The translations under genes were made by a program, and so were the position numbers. The notes under the pieces are model-generated. The model did no database searches. It had not been told where the DNA came from and saw nothing but the letters and a program-made list of their open reading frames with translations. A DNA stretch of 64,000 nt. Source: Octopus sinensis. Its lineage: Eukaryota. The stretch is taken from the NCBI RefSeq assembly GCF_006345805.1, contig NC_043014.1, positions 22,754,001 to 22,818,000 of the forward strand, read 5' to 3'. Shown here piece after piece: positions 36,960 to 52,119 of the stretch (its first letter is position 1; every line of letters starts with the position of its first letter).

Positions 36960-37480
36960 GATCTCTAATTGTAGAGGGAACCCTTGGAAAGTGTAGACTC
37001 AGGAAGATGTGAAGTGGTAAGAAAGGATCTTCAGACATTGGACCTCACAGAGGAGATGACAAAAGACTGAGATTTCTGGCTGTGTACTGTGCTTGAGAAG
37101 ACATGTCAAGCTAAGAAGAATCATGGCCATTCATCCCTACAGCCATGTTTTTTGTGGCTATGTCCTCCTCCACTCCCTCTCTCTCAACTGAGAGGTCCTT
37201 GTCTTGTGGACTCACAGGTACTGGTTCCACATGAAAATACCCATGCCAGTGCCACATAAAAGCACTCCTGCTGGTGCAATGTAAAGGCTCCCATGCTGGT
37301 GCCATGTAAAAACATCCCATGCACTCTGTAAAGTGGTTGACATTAGAAAGGGCATCCAGCCATAGAACCAATGCTAAAACAGACAATCGTAGCCTGGGCA
37401 GCTATGTGGCTAGCCAGCTCCTGGCAAACCACCCAACCCATACCAGCATGGAAAACAGATGTTAAATGATGATGATGTTG
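36960..37480 (+). mobile_element. RTE LINE 3' fragment with (GAT)n tail, degenerate
   Basis: Coding end and tail homologous to 7300-7957. Confidence 0.7.
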
Positions 37481-38558
37481 ATGATATAAATTACTTTCAC
37501 ACACACATCTATATGGATGTGGACATAACTGAATGACTTTAAAGTTTACTCATATGAGTTCCTGGGTCTGATCTAAAACCTTTTGAGCGAAGGTAGATGG
37601 AAACTGTGTACAAGACCATCAGATGGATTACACTTGTTTCAAAGTCCTACCTTACCATATATTCTGTCACAATGTCATACGGATTCTTGTTGAGAATTGA
37701 ATTAAGGGTACATTTGTATGTGGAATATTCAGCCACTTTACATGCTAATTTAATGAGTAGGTCATTAAAATTTATAAGAACATCCATTGTGTGTGTGTGT
37801 GTGCATGCACACTCTGCTGGATGCATAAAGAGAGCTTAAATGAGGTGAGAAAGTAAAACTGGGTATAAGAAGGATCAAATGTAGCAAGGAAGAGAGAAGT
37901 GTGCAGTGATACAGATGTACAATAAGAGGTGGGTAAAGAAATACCAAGTGGTTCATATGAAAGGCAACTACAAAAAAAAGAAAGAAAACAGGAAAAAGTG
38001 AAAACTGATCTCAGAGCAAGTAGTGAAAAGTTGTGCATGGAAAAGCAAATGACAAAAAGATGATGATATAGTGGATGTCACCTATTGCTATCACTGGTTA
38101 TTGTTATCAAAATTTTGGAATAAACCACAACGTAACTACTTCAATTACTAATGGAGGTCACACTAAAGAACTGGTAAATGTATGAGGATGGTGGCAGGTG
38201 ACAGGTATAATGGTGAAAGGGATGTGGAACCATGTATTACTGCAAGGTGTAGAAATACTTGTGTATTAGTATTGGTTATGTGGCTGACAGCATTATTGTT
38301 ACATATATATCTTTAATACTAATGGTTTTTCATTTTTTTCTTCTTAGTAGTCCACTACATTTAGGTTGGAACAATAGCATTCCTAAATCCATTGATTTTT
38401 CAAGTTTAAGACCCTTTTGGCTGCATCATCTAAATCAGTGATTCTCAACCATTTTTTTCCTATGGAACACTTTGATTCCTATTTTGTTCTACTGGACCTC
38501 CATAACCATTCACTGTATATATATATTAAAAAAATCTTACTGTATTTTTATAATTAAA

Positions 38559-38924
38559 CTAGCACTATGACCCGGCAATGCTGGGTCATAATGCTAGTGC
38601 ATGCATATACAGCTGCGTGCATGCACACATACACGTGAGTACTGTCCAAATCTCAGACCAATCACATACAGCTAGCTGGCATTCAATTGGCGTATCAAGT
38701 TTTGGGCATTTTGATTGGGTTTTGGATAGAAAATTCACAAAAAAGTCACTTCTATTGATTTTTTAATGGCTTTGTGGGGGGACTGGGGAAATGTAAAGAT
38801 GTGCACGACCACCCTTGGACGGTTTTGAATGACCATAGAAAGTGCGAGCCCTCTAACTGAAAAATTGAGCATTTGTATAAAGGACACGCACGCAGACATT
38901 TTGCCATTTATATATAGAGAGAGA
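38559..38924 (-). mobile_element. Short non-autonomous Helitron
   Basis: Plus-strand ACTAGCACTATGACCCGGCAATGCTGGGTC (3' CTAG plus hairpin) and CCATTTATATATAGAGAGAGAT (5' A^TC). Confidence 0.7.
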
Positions 38925-39797
38925 TATTTCAGACAAATGTATAAAAACAAAATTGAAATATTTTGTATATTATAGAAGAAATGACTGTGCTGGTATGAGG
39001 TACATGGATGAGGACAGCTGCAGAAAGAAGTGCTAATTGCTAAATGTGGATGGAACTTGTGGAAGAGGGAGACTCAGAAAGACGTGGGGTGCAGTAGTGA
39101 AGAATGACCTGTACATCTCTCTATGCATCTCTCTTGCACCCCATCTCCACACACTTCACATCATCCTCCCTAACCCATACTCACTTCCTCCTACTTTCCC
39201 TCCAACTGATATTCATGATTGACCAAGCCTCCACCGTTTTACCTCTCACTGCATTTCCCTCTGTCTCCATCTCTATCTATCTACCACTCTCCTCATACTC
39301 CCACATACTCACTTTACCTACTCATGCTTCTTCTCTTATATTCAGTTTCCTTAACCTAAGAGTCTGCTTTGACACATCTTCACTGCCATCTTCTTTCTTT
39401 TCCATGTGGGGGGTAACCATATATCTCCCTACAGCAAGATATTTGTTCTTGTCACTCTATCATACTTTAACTTCTCATCAACTGGCATACAGCCACCTAC
39501 CTTGATACTGCACACTCAAACCATCTGAATGGTTGTAAGAGTTATTTGGTGACCTCACTAGTACCAGTGCTACATAAAATGTACCCAGTACACACTAAAT
39601 TGGTTGGTATTAGGAAGGACATCTAGCCATCAAAACCATGTCAAAGCAGACATTAGAATTTGGTACTGTCCTCAGGTATGTTGGTTCCTGTTGACCCATT
39701 CAACTCATGGTAACATGGGAGATGGATGCCAGATCTCTCTCTCTTTCTCTCTCACACACACGATACACAGGCATGTATAATATGTATATGTGTATGA

Positions 39798-40012
39798 AAG
39801 CAGAGAGCTGGCAGAATCGTTAGCATGTTGGCAAACTGCACAGTGGTATTTCATTCGTCTTTACATTCTGATTTCAAATTCAGCCAAGGTTGACTTTGCT
39901 TTTCATCCTTTCAGGGTTGATAAAATAAGTACCAGTTGAAAACTGGGGTCAATGTAATCAACTTATTCCTTCCTCTGAAATTGCTAGCTTTGTGTCAAAA
40001 TTTGAAATCAAT
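39798..40012 (+). mobile_element. SINE related to 5422-5640
   Basis: GGTTGACTTTGCTTTTCATCCTTTCAGGGTTGATAAAATAAGTACCAG central block. Confidence 0.7.
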
Positions 40013-40039
40013 ATGTATATGTGTATATGAATGCTTATT

Positions 40040-40475
40040 TCAGTATTTCTTTGCATGACACACACGAGGTGCAGCAGTATCATTGGACAACTAACAGAGA
40101 AAGTATTTTTTAGATGTGGCAGATGTAGAGGTACATTAAACACCAGGAATGTACAAAAAATAAACTTCCTTGTATTACCAGAGGGGATCCCTAAAAGTAG
40201 TAGACAGTTTCTATTACTTAGGTGACCAATTTAGCAGTGGGGTAGGTTGTTCTGAAAGCATTGCTGCTAGAATAAGAATAGGCTGAGCGAAGTCAGAGAG
40301 CTACTACATCTGTTAGTAATGAAGAGCCTCTCCCTCAGAGGAAGGGCATCCAGCCATAGATAGACACCATGCCAAAACATACATTGGGGCCTGAACAGTC
40401 TTCATCTCATCAGCTTCTGTCAAACCGTCCAACCTATGCTAGCAGGGAAAACGGATGTTAAATGGTGATGATGGT
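40040..40475 (+). mobile_element. Degenerate RTE fragment joined to the family tail
   Basis: Homologous to 6780-7070 (finger and post-finger region), followed by GAAGGGCATCCAGCC...AAATGGTGATGATG. Confidence 0.65.
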
Positions 40476-41379
40476 GTTTAGGAAATAGAGATGTCATGTT
40501 TGTACCACCTATAAACAATAAGCCTTCAACCAATGAGAAAGTGTTGTGATTGTTTCAAGTTTACATCGTGGCAGGAAAGGCATCTGACTACAGTATACTG
40601 TCTCAGTATGGTTTGTGTCCAATCCTTGACAGCATGAGGGAGAAATAGAACTTAAAAATGATGATGATACCGATGATGATGATGTGTGTTTGAGTTTTAT
40701 GTTTACACTAGGTCTGAAAAAACTATTGTTGCTATACTCAAGAAAACCTATCCACCACAAGAGTTTTACTCAGGAAGACTCACCCACTACAACAGAATTG
40801 AGATCCTAAAACCAAGATGCCATGTAAAAAGTATTGGTGTGAGTGTGCTGGTGTCAGATTAAGAAAACTGATGATAGTACTATGTAAAAAGCACCCAGTA
40901 CACTCTGTAAAATTGTTGGCATAAGAAGGGCATTCAGCTGTAGAAACCAGGCCAAAACAGACTATGGAACTTGGTGTGACGTGACCCTGGCTTGGCCAGT
41001 TTCTGTCAAGCCATCCAACCCATGCCAGCATGGAAAATGGACATTAAATGTTGATGATGACGTTTATGCTATGTTTGATATAAAGAAGCTCCGTTAATTG
41101 AACAACTGGAACCATCATCTAATGAAAGCAACATTCATTCATCAATATGTACCAAAGACTAACGACATCAGGAAATCCCAATGGTATTAAGATATGTAAA
41201 ATGTATAAAATATATAAAACAGAGAATATGAAAATTTTTTCTGAAATATTCACAAAACAAACTTTGAAAAGAAGAGAGTGGCTGGGTACATTTTTTCCCA
41301 GTGTATTTTTGGTATTTCTTCTTTACTAGCTCTAAAAATGTGGAGATGATGTTCAAGCATCCTTAGGCAGTTAGAAAAA

Positions 41380-43049
41380 AACTGTGCTTGCTTTTTCACT
41401 ACCAACACCATATTCTTGCCCTATCCACCTCACCATTCTCCAGCAACTATTACTCCTCTCTATCCTTCTCTTCATCATCATCATCATCATCATTCTCATT
41501 GCAAACACCATCATCATCACCATTGCAATCATCATCATCACCATCGCAATCATCATTGTCATCATCATTATCATCATCATTTTCATCATTCCTGTCTTCT
41601 TCCTTACCTTTCATCAACAATAACAAGATTACAGTAGTTACCACCAAAACTAGTTGACATAATTATCGTTGCTAATCAGTCTGTCTGTCTGTCTCTATAA
41701 AAAGCAACAAACCACCACCACTACCACCATCATCACTAACATCCTTAAATTTATAAGCTCCCTTTCTAACATCATAGTCATCATCATCAATTGATACCAC
41801 CATCATCATCATTAATACCGCCATTACTATCCTCTCTCCACCTCCACTCCTAATTCCCCTACATATCTCCAACGTCCCTCCTCTACATCCACCACCACCA
41901 ACTGTTTTCCATCTGTTTATTAGATACCATGCTGGGACCCTTATCTACCGTTGTCTATTTACAATGTAGCTACAATGTGATCCATTTAATACAATAACAT
42001 TTCACTTTGATCATATACCATCATTATCACCACAACCATGATCACTGGCCCCATCACCACCACCACCACCACCACCACTACCATTAATAGTACCAACAAC
42101 AGTTGTAACAGTAGCAAGTATCATTTTGAACTACTGTTACCCTCTGCCAACAACTATCAGCAACAGAGACATCTGCTCTACTAGTGTCTTTATTAATTAC
42201 CATCACTAACGCCACCACTGCCAACATCACTATCTCCTTCACCATCAACACAACCTCTATCATCATCTTCAGCAGTAGCAGCAGACCCTATTGTCACTAC
42301 AGTTATTCTACTAATCCTTGACTTTGCATTCCCTAATTTTTTTCTTCATCACCACATCACCTTGTCATCATCATCACCACCACTTCACAAACACCACCTT
42401 CCAGCACAACCACTACCACCACCGCCCCAACACTCCATCAGCATCGGTTGTTGTTGTCATCATCATCTTCATAACCAGTATCATTGTCATTGTCATCATT
42501 GTTGTTGGCACCTCACTACCATTGTCATCCCCATCATCATCACTTTTTCTCATCGAAGTTATCTTCAACTAACAATCACCATCACCATCACAATTTCTAA
42601 ATATCTTCATCAATCCCACCCAAACCATCAATCACTATCATCACCACCTCCCTTTGCACAAAAGCTCTGAGGGCACCAATAATAATCATCTCTGTTATAG
42701 TAAAGGTGCGTGGTCTAGCGCAGATCATAGGTTCAGTTCCTGGACCAGGTAACATGTTGTGTTGTTGAGCAAAACACTTCATTTCACATTGCTCTAGTGC
42801 TGTGCGGAGACTGGCATGTAAAAGAATAGACCCATTTGCTTTGCATGTAGTAAAGGGAACTAAAAGAGGTTGATGTAAGATTTGCACTCCAGCCTCATAA
42901 AACCCTCACCACCAACAACAAGGCAAAACAGACCTACGGTTTGGAGGGTTGTCACCTTGAATGGTACAAAGCAGGAATAAGGAATCACCAACAAATGGTG
43001 GATGCAGTGACATGCTGTTACAATACATGACCCCATACTACTACTACTG

Positions 43050-43091
<42 letters not shown>

Positions 43092-43260
43092 TCACCACCA
43101 CCACCACCACCACTACCACCACCACCACCACCACCACCACCACCACCACCACCACCACCACTACTACTACTACTACTGTTATCACACATCCTCCACATCC
43201 ACCACCTCAACTGTTATCACCACCATCAACTCTACCTTTGTTGTTACTACCCCACTATTA
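41380..43260. repeat. Extended (CAT)/(CAC)/(TAC) trinucleotide low-complexity region
   Basis: Direct inspection, including (TAC)n(CAC)n at ~43040-43180. Confidence 0.9.
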
Positions 43261-45599
43261 CAGCCAAAACGAACACCAATATCTACATCCCCAGAATCAT
43301 CTTTTGTAAAACACCTTGATAGACTTGCAATAAGAACTTAATCTTGTGCTCCTTCATGATTTCTGTAATGAATATCTGAGTAGGGGTGAGCACAGAGCCT
43401 TGGTCAACACTTATTGATATGTTAAATTTTTAACTAGACCCACAGCTGAATCAATAAAGAGTCATCCACACAGGTTCACAACCTATTAGAAATAGGAGCA
43501 ATGAAATTTCTTTAAATCACACCCTGCCATTCTATAATGTTGTCCTAGAGACATTATATGTTAAATAAAGGTCTGATTGTCAAAGCTACAATGTTTTTAA
43601 CATAGATTTTGACCATGGCTGACCTGAGGCTAAGTAGAAACATGGGAGGTCTACATAGCAGGATCTAATCCTAGATAGACTATTTCTGAAAAACAGCAAG
43701 CCTATACTTCATTGCTGGATCAGAGCTGACTGGAGTGAACAACAAAAGCAATGGCTTACATATCTCTTGCATTCATCTAATTGTCACAAGTTCTGTAATT
43801 TTATATCTCTTAGTCAAGAGAAATGGCAATACCTCTGGTATTTTACAGAACCGCTATGACTACAGGCACAGAGGAAAGTGTCCTCAAACTTGAAACCTGG
43901 CTTCAATATTTGAAATAGGGTGCACTCTATTGAAAGCACTCAAGGATCAGATAGTGGTGATAAACCGAGTGATAGATTAAGTTCACCAACAAAGTACACC
44001 ATGGCAGGAATTGAACTCAAAATGCTGAGCAAGAACAAATACCACAATGCATACCATCAGAGCTCTACTGATTCTACCAGTTCACTATCCCAGACTGGTA
44101 TGTTATTTATTAACTCTAAAAGGATGGAAGGCAAAGCTAACCTGGCAGGATTTGAACTCAAAAGTCAAGAAACCAACATAAATATCACAAAGCTTTCCAA
44201 CTAATGCTTTAATAACTTTTCCAATTCATCATCTATAAAAATTAAACAGGTTATGAGTCTCTGTCAAAGCCTTCCCCAAAGGATTTCTCTTGTTATTTGT
44301 TCCTTATGCACTGGATTCATTAATACATACAAACACCATTTCAATTCTTGCTGTTCACATGTTAATAGCAGTTTACTGATTTGACATAATATAGTATTTT
44401 TAGTTTGTAGTTTGTAATACACACAAACTAACAAAACTAAATTTGATCCAAGTTAACTTTATCTGATGCTAATTTTGTTGAATCTATTTCAAATACTTTT
44501 ACAACTTAGTTCTAGTATACTTGCAAAGGAACTCCTATGTATGCCACCAAGATGGCCTTTATATGGCTGATAAGTATGCTAGAAATAGAAGCCAAATTTT
44601 ACTTCAATCACATCTCACAACATAGAACACATTACCCTGAAAAATTAAACCAACTTTAGTTGTAGATGTCATTGACAATGGTTAACCTGAGACTAAACAA
44701 CAACAACCACTTAATTTACTGAGAAACTAGCATTGTACCATCATATGCTTCCTTGCTACAACTAAACTCAAAAGTCAACTGGACCCTTCTCCATTGGTTC
44801 TGCTTTGGGAAGGTTTTCACTCTGCCATTAATAGCAACATTTCGTTGCTTCTCTTTTTTTCATCATACACTGAAACTAAGTATCTCAGTGTCATTGAGGA
44901 CACATTTCTCACAATCGGCAATGTAGTTCCTCATGAACATATTGCTTTGAAGTTCAAAATCTTATGAACCAATGAGAGGCCCTCTGTATGGTTGCTCCAG
45001 CAGCTAGAAATAGAACCAAAATTTCTCTCAGATCACTCTCTGCTACCTCAAAAAGTAGGACTCAATAAATAAGGTAGTTCTCATGTAGGAAACATTACAG
45101 TGACTATTTTGAGTATATCACTAATTCTTTTTTAACTATTTAACAATCACATTTTTCTGTCAAAACATATGCTTATTCATTGACATTGTTTTGAATTAAT
45201 CATGCTTTATCTCATAGCTTTGTAACTGTTAATTTTTATAGGATTGGTGTGAGAAGCCAACTTCTGATTAGTCTGAATATAAGCAGGTAAAATATTTTGG
45301 CTATATACACATGCAGGTTTGTGTGTATATGCAAGCCCCACATGCAAGTGCGTGCACACACACAATGAATAATGATGAATATACGACTTGAATATGATAT
45401 ATCACAAAATTTATTTACCACAATGAACTGCATATATTTTAGAAATACACCTCAATTCCCATTTATACCACATTTCCTCTGAACAAACTTGTAAGTATGC
45501 ATAATTATGTGTATATATAGATAGGATTGTGTACACAATCATTTTGTTTTTAATTGTATGGATGGATAAACGAGACAAAATTGCTATAGCTTTATGTGA

Positions 45600-46700
45600 G
45601 GGTAAATTAGAGAACCAGTCTGGTCGCTGTTGTAAAATAGAACAATACCCAGAGAATTATGCCTGCCATATATGTACAAAAACCTGAAAACTGCTTTTGA
45701 AATTGATAGGTTGAACATGATAAATGTTATGTCTTCAGTGCATCACTAACGTCTTGCTGATCTCAGGCTAAAAAGAAAAAAAAAAAGAGCACACTATGAT
45801 TCTATAAGAGATGAGCTCTGGAAAATGGTCCAACTAATAAATTGATCTTTTCAATGTCTGACCTATGTGTCTTCCCAACGATTGCTGTCAAACGAAAACT
45901 GGCCATCTATAGGGAAGTTGTTGAAATTAATCTCTGATTTGAACATCAAAGTAATGGATATTTAAGCAAAAATCTATAGAGAATTGCATAATATGATATC
46001 GTTCTGAAATGTTTTCCTTGTAAACCTGCTCGCAACTATGACCAAATCCAGCTGCATTGAAAAGACCCCTGAACTTATCATAGTTTACCATCCATTATAT
46101 GCCTGAAGCTACATATTGTAGCTTCCTTAAATTGTGACTCAGCACCACAGTTTAAGCAATAATGGACAGATAAACAAATTTGTCAAGTCTGGAAGCTATG
46201 GAAATGAGATACATGTTGATTTGAGGATATCAAACCAATCAATGGGCAACAATGCAAACGCCCTAGAAAGCTAAAACATTCCCTATGAATCATAACTGGC
46301 TCAAATTAGTTTAGTGTATGCAATGAAATCCACCTTTTCGACTCTTACATCAAAAGTTTTGGAAACATGAGCACATTCTCTACTCTACAATGGGGTTGTT
46401 AGCATGACTGTCTATGATGTTTTTGTTCCAAGACCACTTTGATGATGGTGAAGATAGTATGATGTTCTATGTTTGCTCAAGCTTTCCAACAATTCCCTGT
46501 GGTGAAAAATAAAACAGTTGCACCAAGAGGTATTTTTCTGCAGCATTAAATACACACATCAACACTTCTACTTACTGTTCTCACACAGGTCAAATTACTG
46601 ATGATCCAAAAGCATGTGCTGAGCTTATTGCTGAATGCTATACTGGCATTTTTATTGTTAAAAATGTAAATGTGTCATCTTCACTATTATAGTCACAAAA
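45600..46700 (-). mobile_element. Possible highly degenerate hAT transposase remnant
   Basis: Minus frames give fragments (CFIFHH, TPL*SRR, TFDVRVEKVDF, LAFL) in the order expected for hAT transposases. Many stops; recognised by eye only. Confidence 0.35.
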
Positions 46701-47094
46701 ATTCTATATCTGTTGAATTTACTCCAGCACTTCTTCAATGCCATCTCTAGTATAAATGCAACCATGCTTCCCTTAGTTTTGATGGTGTTACTTATCTTCT
46801 TTTCAAATACAATCGGTTCTTTCTACTACATCAGCATTCACTTCTCTTACAATTCTTTCTTCAAGAACAGAGGAAAATTATCAGTTTTGTTCCTTCTTCA
46901 AAAATAGCAACTGCACATACTCTGTCAGTCTCACTAGTTATAATCCAGTGAGTCTTAGTAGCTGTGTCACCAAATTGATGTAATCCTGTATCAAAGAGAC
47001 ATTCTGAAATTCCTGGAGCTTTCATAACTTATTTGATCTTCACAATTTAGATTTATCTCTAATTCTAGCTGCTGTGGCCAGCTCATTGAGTTTC

Positions 47095-47290
47095 CTGAAG
47101 ACATCACTTGAATCAGCAATGATGGTTCAAGGGTGGATGCTATCTATCTCCACTTTGCCAAAGCCTTTAATTCTGTGCCTCATTTATGGTGCAAACTCTC
47201 TGCAATGGGAGTGAGGGTTAATCTTTATAATTGGTTGAAGTCCTTGGACAACATTGTGCGTTTTTTCACTGCAACCATCAATTTGCAGTT
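47095..47290 (+). mobile_element. Small CR1-like RT remnant
   Basis: QGVDAIYLHFAKAFNSVPH...KLSAMGV. Confidence 0.6.
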
Positions 47291-47501
47291 TTTCAAAAGA
47301 AACACTAACTGTATCAAAATCACTCATCTCAGAAGGTCTTGGAATACTACAAGTCCTCCAGACCAATCTCATGACAAAAAAGTTATCTATATTCAAATGT
47401 GAAAAATTTAGCAGAAAATATTTAATGCAAGATTGGTGGATGGCATGACACTCAAGTATTTGATTTTTAGGTAAAGAGTGAAGGTTGCATTATATTTGAT
47501 A

Positions 47502-48818
47502 CTAGCAGCATAGACCGGCGTTGCCCGGGTATGTAAGAAACTTTGTCGTTAAGCAATGCCCTTTACCTTTTTACTCTTTTTTGTACTCATTGAACCGTTA
47601 TTTTGTAAAATGAAGCCTAAATGCCATTAAGGCATTCAAGGCACCGTTCCTTTGCATGCATGAAGAAAATCTATGACAGTCAAAGTGCATTTTCTGGTTT
47701 TGTTTAGCACACCCAATCCAGTTCTGTGGGATCAGTGTCACGACTGGAACGCATGGGTTGGGAGTTTGACAGGCAGAGGTGATAAGGTTGCACATGCTGG
47801 CCCTTTTGATACCGCCCCCCCCCCGAACCCAAGTTGAGTTTGGACCACAGCTAAGCTCTACCTAATCCTAACTTAAGTCTAGTGAAAGGGGGCTCAGGAG
47901 CCTCTAGTAGGCAACGACTAATCCCGATCTAGTCCTTTCCCTCTAGGGAATGAAGGCGCATGTGTAGGTTGCAACTTCTTCTCTTCACTCCAATACTTCT
48001 GTGTATATGACGTTCCTAGCTGAAGCGGCAAAAATCGACTAAATCGCCTGAAATCTGTGAACTATTTAACAAAAGTCAGTTTTGTAGAGTTCGCATGGTC
48101 GGTCTTAAAGTGATATGGTTTTGTCGATTTCTCCCAATACTTGTTAACTGCATTGAAAAAAGGTCGTTAGTTTGACATTTAATGCAAACTTGATGTCCAA
48201 CATCGGTGTAGGGAAAATCTATGTGAACTTTCAAAAATGATCGCAGAAAAATCGGTTTGCTATGTGTGCCACATATGATGTAATTAACCGATTTTTTCCA
48301 GTAATAACGTATCCTATTGGAATCAAAAGGGCCATATAGCTCCTTGGAGCAGACATGATGCTCGCTTTGAATTTCAAAAAATATTCCTGCCAATTTGTTA
48401 AAGATATTGTCGAAAATATGTCATCTTGAATTTGAATGCGATTTCCCAAAATGGCATAATTTTATCGATTTTTTCTGATGGTAAGGTATTGCATGGAAAA
48501 CTAACGTCAGAATTAAGTTCCTTAGGGTAACATTAAGCTTCACCATGAGTTTGGTGAAAATCGATTGCAAGTTGCAAAAACTACAACGGAAAATGCGTTG
48601 CATATGATAAGCTTAGATTCTCGACCCCATGTTGAATTTATCGATTTTTTTCAGAACTGGGGGAACTTTTCAAAATTTTCGCTGCATTAGTTTTGAATTA
48701 TGACATTGGGCTAGGTGTGTGTCAAGTTTCATCAGAATCGGTTGAAAGCCATGGTCAGGATGAGGGTACAACCTGACAGACACACAGACAGACAAACTGC
48801 CTTTTATATATAGAGAGA
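47502..48818 (-). mobile_element. Non-autonomous Helitron
   Basis: Plus-strand ACTAGCAGCATAGACCGGCGTTGCCCGGG (3' CTAG plus hairpin) and ACAGACAGACAAACTGCCTTTTATATATAGAGAGAT (5' A^TC). Confidence 0.8.
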
Positions 48819-49309
48819 TTGCATTGTACTTGCATAGATACAGTGACATCTTGCTATCAATCAAGCTTCTTATTATTGAGTTTTGCTACTCAGCTTTCTT
48901 CTTTCCTGCAAGGTAGTCCTCTTATAGTTCTATACATTGTGCTATTCTACCATGAATCAATGAGGGATCTTCTTTGGAATTACTCAACTTGCTAAAATTA
49001 GCAGCCGGATATTCTTCAAATCCCACCTCAAAGTCTTAAAAAAGAAAATGACACATTGGATAATGTGGTCCTCGATATATAGAAAAAGGACAGGATGGTC
49101 ACGTCTGGAATGCCTTTGGTTACAGGTTACTGTTTGATCATAGTTGACCTGAGATTAAACAACAGCAACATTGGCAGTTACCACAATGTCACTTGCTGAT
49201 TAACTCTGTCTGTAGAACTGGTCTCACAGCGTGTTGTTCAATTTGGATCACATACATGCAACAGAAAAGAAACAGAAGTGCTTGTTGCTGTTGTTGTTGT
49301 TGTTGATTT

Positions 49310-49575
49310 GGTAAACAGAAACTGAAAGAAGCCTGTCCTATATATATACATTTATGTGTCTGTTATTGTGTATGTGTTTGTCCCTGACCATCACTTGTCA
49401 TCCAGTGTTGGTTTGTTTATGTCCCTGTAACTTAGCAGTTCAACAAAAAAGACTGATAGAATAAGTACCAGGCTTTAAAAATGGTACTGTGGTCAATGCG
49501 TTTGACTTAAAAATCCCTTTGAGGCAGTGCCCCAGCATGGCCTCAGTCCAATGACAGAAACAATTGAAAGATGAA
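49310..49575 (+). mobile_element. Partial CORE-like SINE
   Basis: GATTTGGTAAACAGAAACTGAAAGAAGCC...AATAAGTACCAGGC...CCAGCATGGCC. Confidence 0.65.
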
Positions 49576-49779
49576 AGATAAATATCTCTGACTTTAAAAT
49601 TTAGAAAACTAAGGGAATATTCCATTTTTACCCCTAAAATTTTTCTTATTAACTTTAATTGAAATGAAATTATTTGTATTTTAAAAAGATAATATCTATT
49701 AGGTTGAATCATATGAAATATTGTTTTCTAAGAGATTTAATCCATTGAATGTTATTTGGCTTGCTTTATATTCATAATG

Positions 49780-50780
49780 GCTTCACTCTCCAAATGGTGT
49801 TTCTTTCATAAGCTTTGATGTACCCTTAAATAATTTGGTGATTTTTGAACAAGCATATTTTTCATATGACTTGAAATTATGACATAATGCAATGGAAGCT
49901 TCAAAAGATATTAATTTGGCATTTAGAAAGAGTTGTGTAGACCTGAAGAGTGTAGCAAAGGTTTTAGAAATTTCTCTGTTTAGATAAGAGTTTCAGTGTA
50001 AGTGATGGAGGAAACCAAAGTCTGTTACAATGAAGACCTCTTAAGAGAATGAGTGGAAAGAAACTCTTAAACAACAGTTCATAGCTTGTGGCAGATATGG
50101 CAGTATCAACTTTAACTGTTCCCTGCCCTTTATGTGTTACAGGTAAAATGAAAAAGTTGGATAATGAATTTCACATGACTTGATTGAAGAAAAGAAACAT
50201 GTTGAATCTATTACTTGTGATTCAAAATAGATATTGATTGACAATTATAAATGATCTGGGAAATGGTTAGATGTAGATGGCTCCTTTTCCAAAGTAACAA
50301 ATGCTCCTCAAACGGTTATATGGCAATTGTAGGATGGTTTTCAAAAAGCCTGATCTACAAGTTCTTTTTAGGATCCAGCAAGACCAATCACTGCGAGTTC
50401 ATACTGTCAAAATATTGATTATGCACAAAAAACTGATATTAAAAGAACCAAGACTGTTAAGCAGAGATGGAATTATTCTGCTGCTTGATCATCGTTTGAT
50501 TGCTTACTTCTCAAATCACAGTTCAAAAGTTAACTGAGCTAGGTTATAAAATCTTGCTGATCTCACCTTACTCGTTTGACATCTTCCAAAAATGATTACT
50601 TTCTTTTCAAGCACTTGCTTAAGTTTATACATAAAAAAGAAAAAAACTAACTGCAGTTGAAGCATTTAAGCATTTTACTCCTAGTCTCAAAAGATGAAGA
50701 GTTTTCTAATATAGCAATGTCTAACATAACATTGTCAAAAGACAGTTGAACAAAATGGTCCAGGACTGGTTTTGATGAAA
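49780..50780 (+). mobile_element. Degenerate mariner transposon
   Basis: Remnants ITCDSK*ILIDN (TCDEKW.LYDN), GIILLLDH (HDNA) and ...NDYFLFKHL (SPDL.P.DY region). Confidence 0.65.
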
Positions 50781-52119
50781 TAAATTTATTTAATCATTTA
50801 CTATGTATTTACTTTTTCTTTTAAAGAATGACATTCATACATAAATTAATTTCTACATAAATTAATTATTTGTAATAGAAACAGTATTTATACCAAAAGA
50901 TAATTTTTATATCCAGATGAACACAGATGCCTTGTTAGAACACCAAATACCATGTCATTAGCCTTAAGAAACTATATATAGAACTTAAGAGGTTATATGA
51001 GAGACCCTCTCATATAGCCACTTGGTGCATAAATGCACTCACATAGATTGCAGCAAACAAAATTTGTTTGTCAAGGGTACTAGAATTCCCATATCACATG
51101 ATTTTGGTTTATTGGACCTCAGTAGTGGAAGCACCAGTTACTGCATGCCAGTCAAATCTTGCTGCTACAATATATAGAATATCAGCCTCATTTCAAATGC
51201 TGATGTCACAAATTGCAGGCTTATTAAAAATTAATTATTAACAACGGAAGCAGTATTAATATCAAAAAGTAATCTTTATATTCAACTTAATATGGATGCC
51301 TTGTTAAAACACCAAATAATGCATTATTAACCTTAAAGAACCTTCCCATTGGCAAAAATTTCTTATGTTTATCTTTGAGTTTAAAGATATATAATTAATT
51401 AAACTACTGTCAAATCTTTTCACTACTATAAGATATCATTTGTAACATATTTCCTCAACTTGCAAAAATTAAGATTCTTTACATTTAAAAATACTTAAAT
51501 TCAGATCCTTACTTAAGTCATAAATTTAGTGCAGCACTTGGATCTGAAGACTTTCTAAAACCAGAAAGTTTCAGCTTCAAAATTTTGGGGAAAATTATTG
51601 ACTAATTTAACAGTGACTAGAATAAGTTGGTATGTTATTTTACTTTAATTTTTTAATTGGCTTCTTTCATTGGAATATGGAATATGGCCATGCTGGGGTA
51701 ACACCTACAAGAGTTATAGTTAATCATATTGACCCAGAACTTATTCTGTCCATAATTATCAAATTATTAAATTACATCTCAACAAACAGGTTTACACAGA
51801 TTTACACATGCATAGACATACACATACATACACTCACATACATTCACACAGAGATATACCACCCTCACACACAGAATGTGTATCTATACAGTTTGTGCCT
51901 GCTAGATTCCGCTGCCATGGCTCAAAGTGCCATGCAACACGAGTGAACTTTTTCACCACATATGGCTATGCTTGAGCATATCATATTAGTATATATGCAG
52001 TCTAAGTTGAGTAAACTGTTGTATAAATAGCAGAAGTTTTTGTAAAATTCCTTTCTTATAAATTTGTATATTGATAATTTTAAAGTATTAAATGAGTGAT
52101 CCAGTATCTTGAGTCCTCA

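Noticed and set aside
41371-43341. Poly-His, poly-Asp and poly-Met ORFs
   Set aside because: Trinucleotide low-complexity DNA open in several frames, with no splice or domain support.
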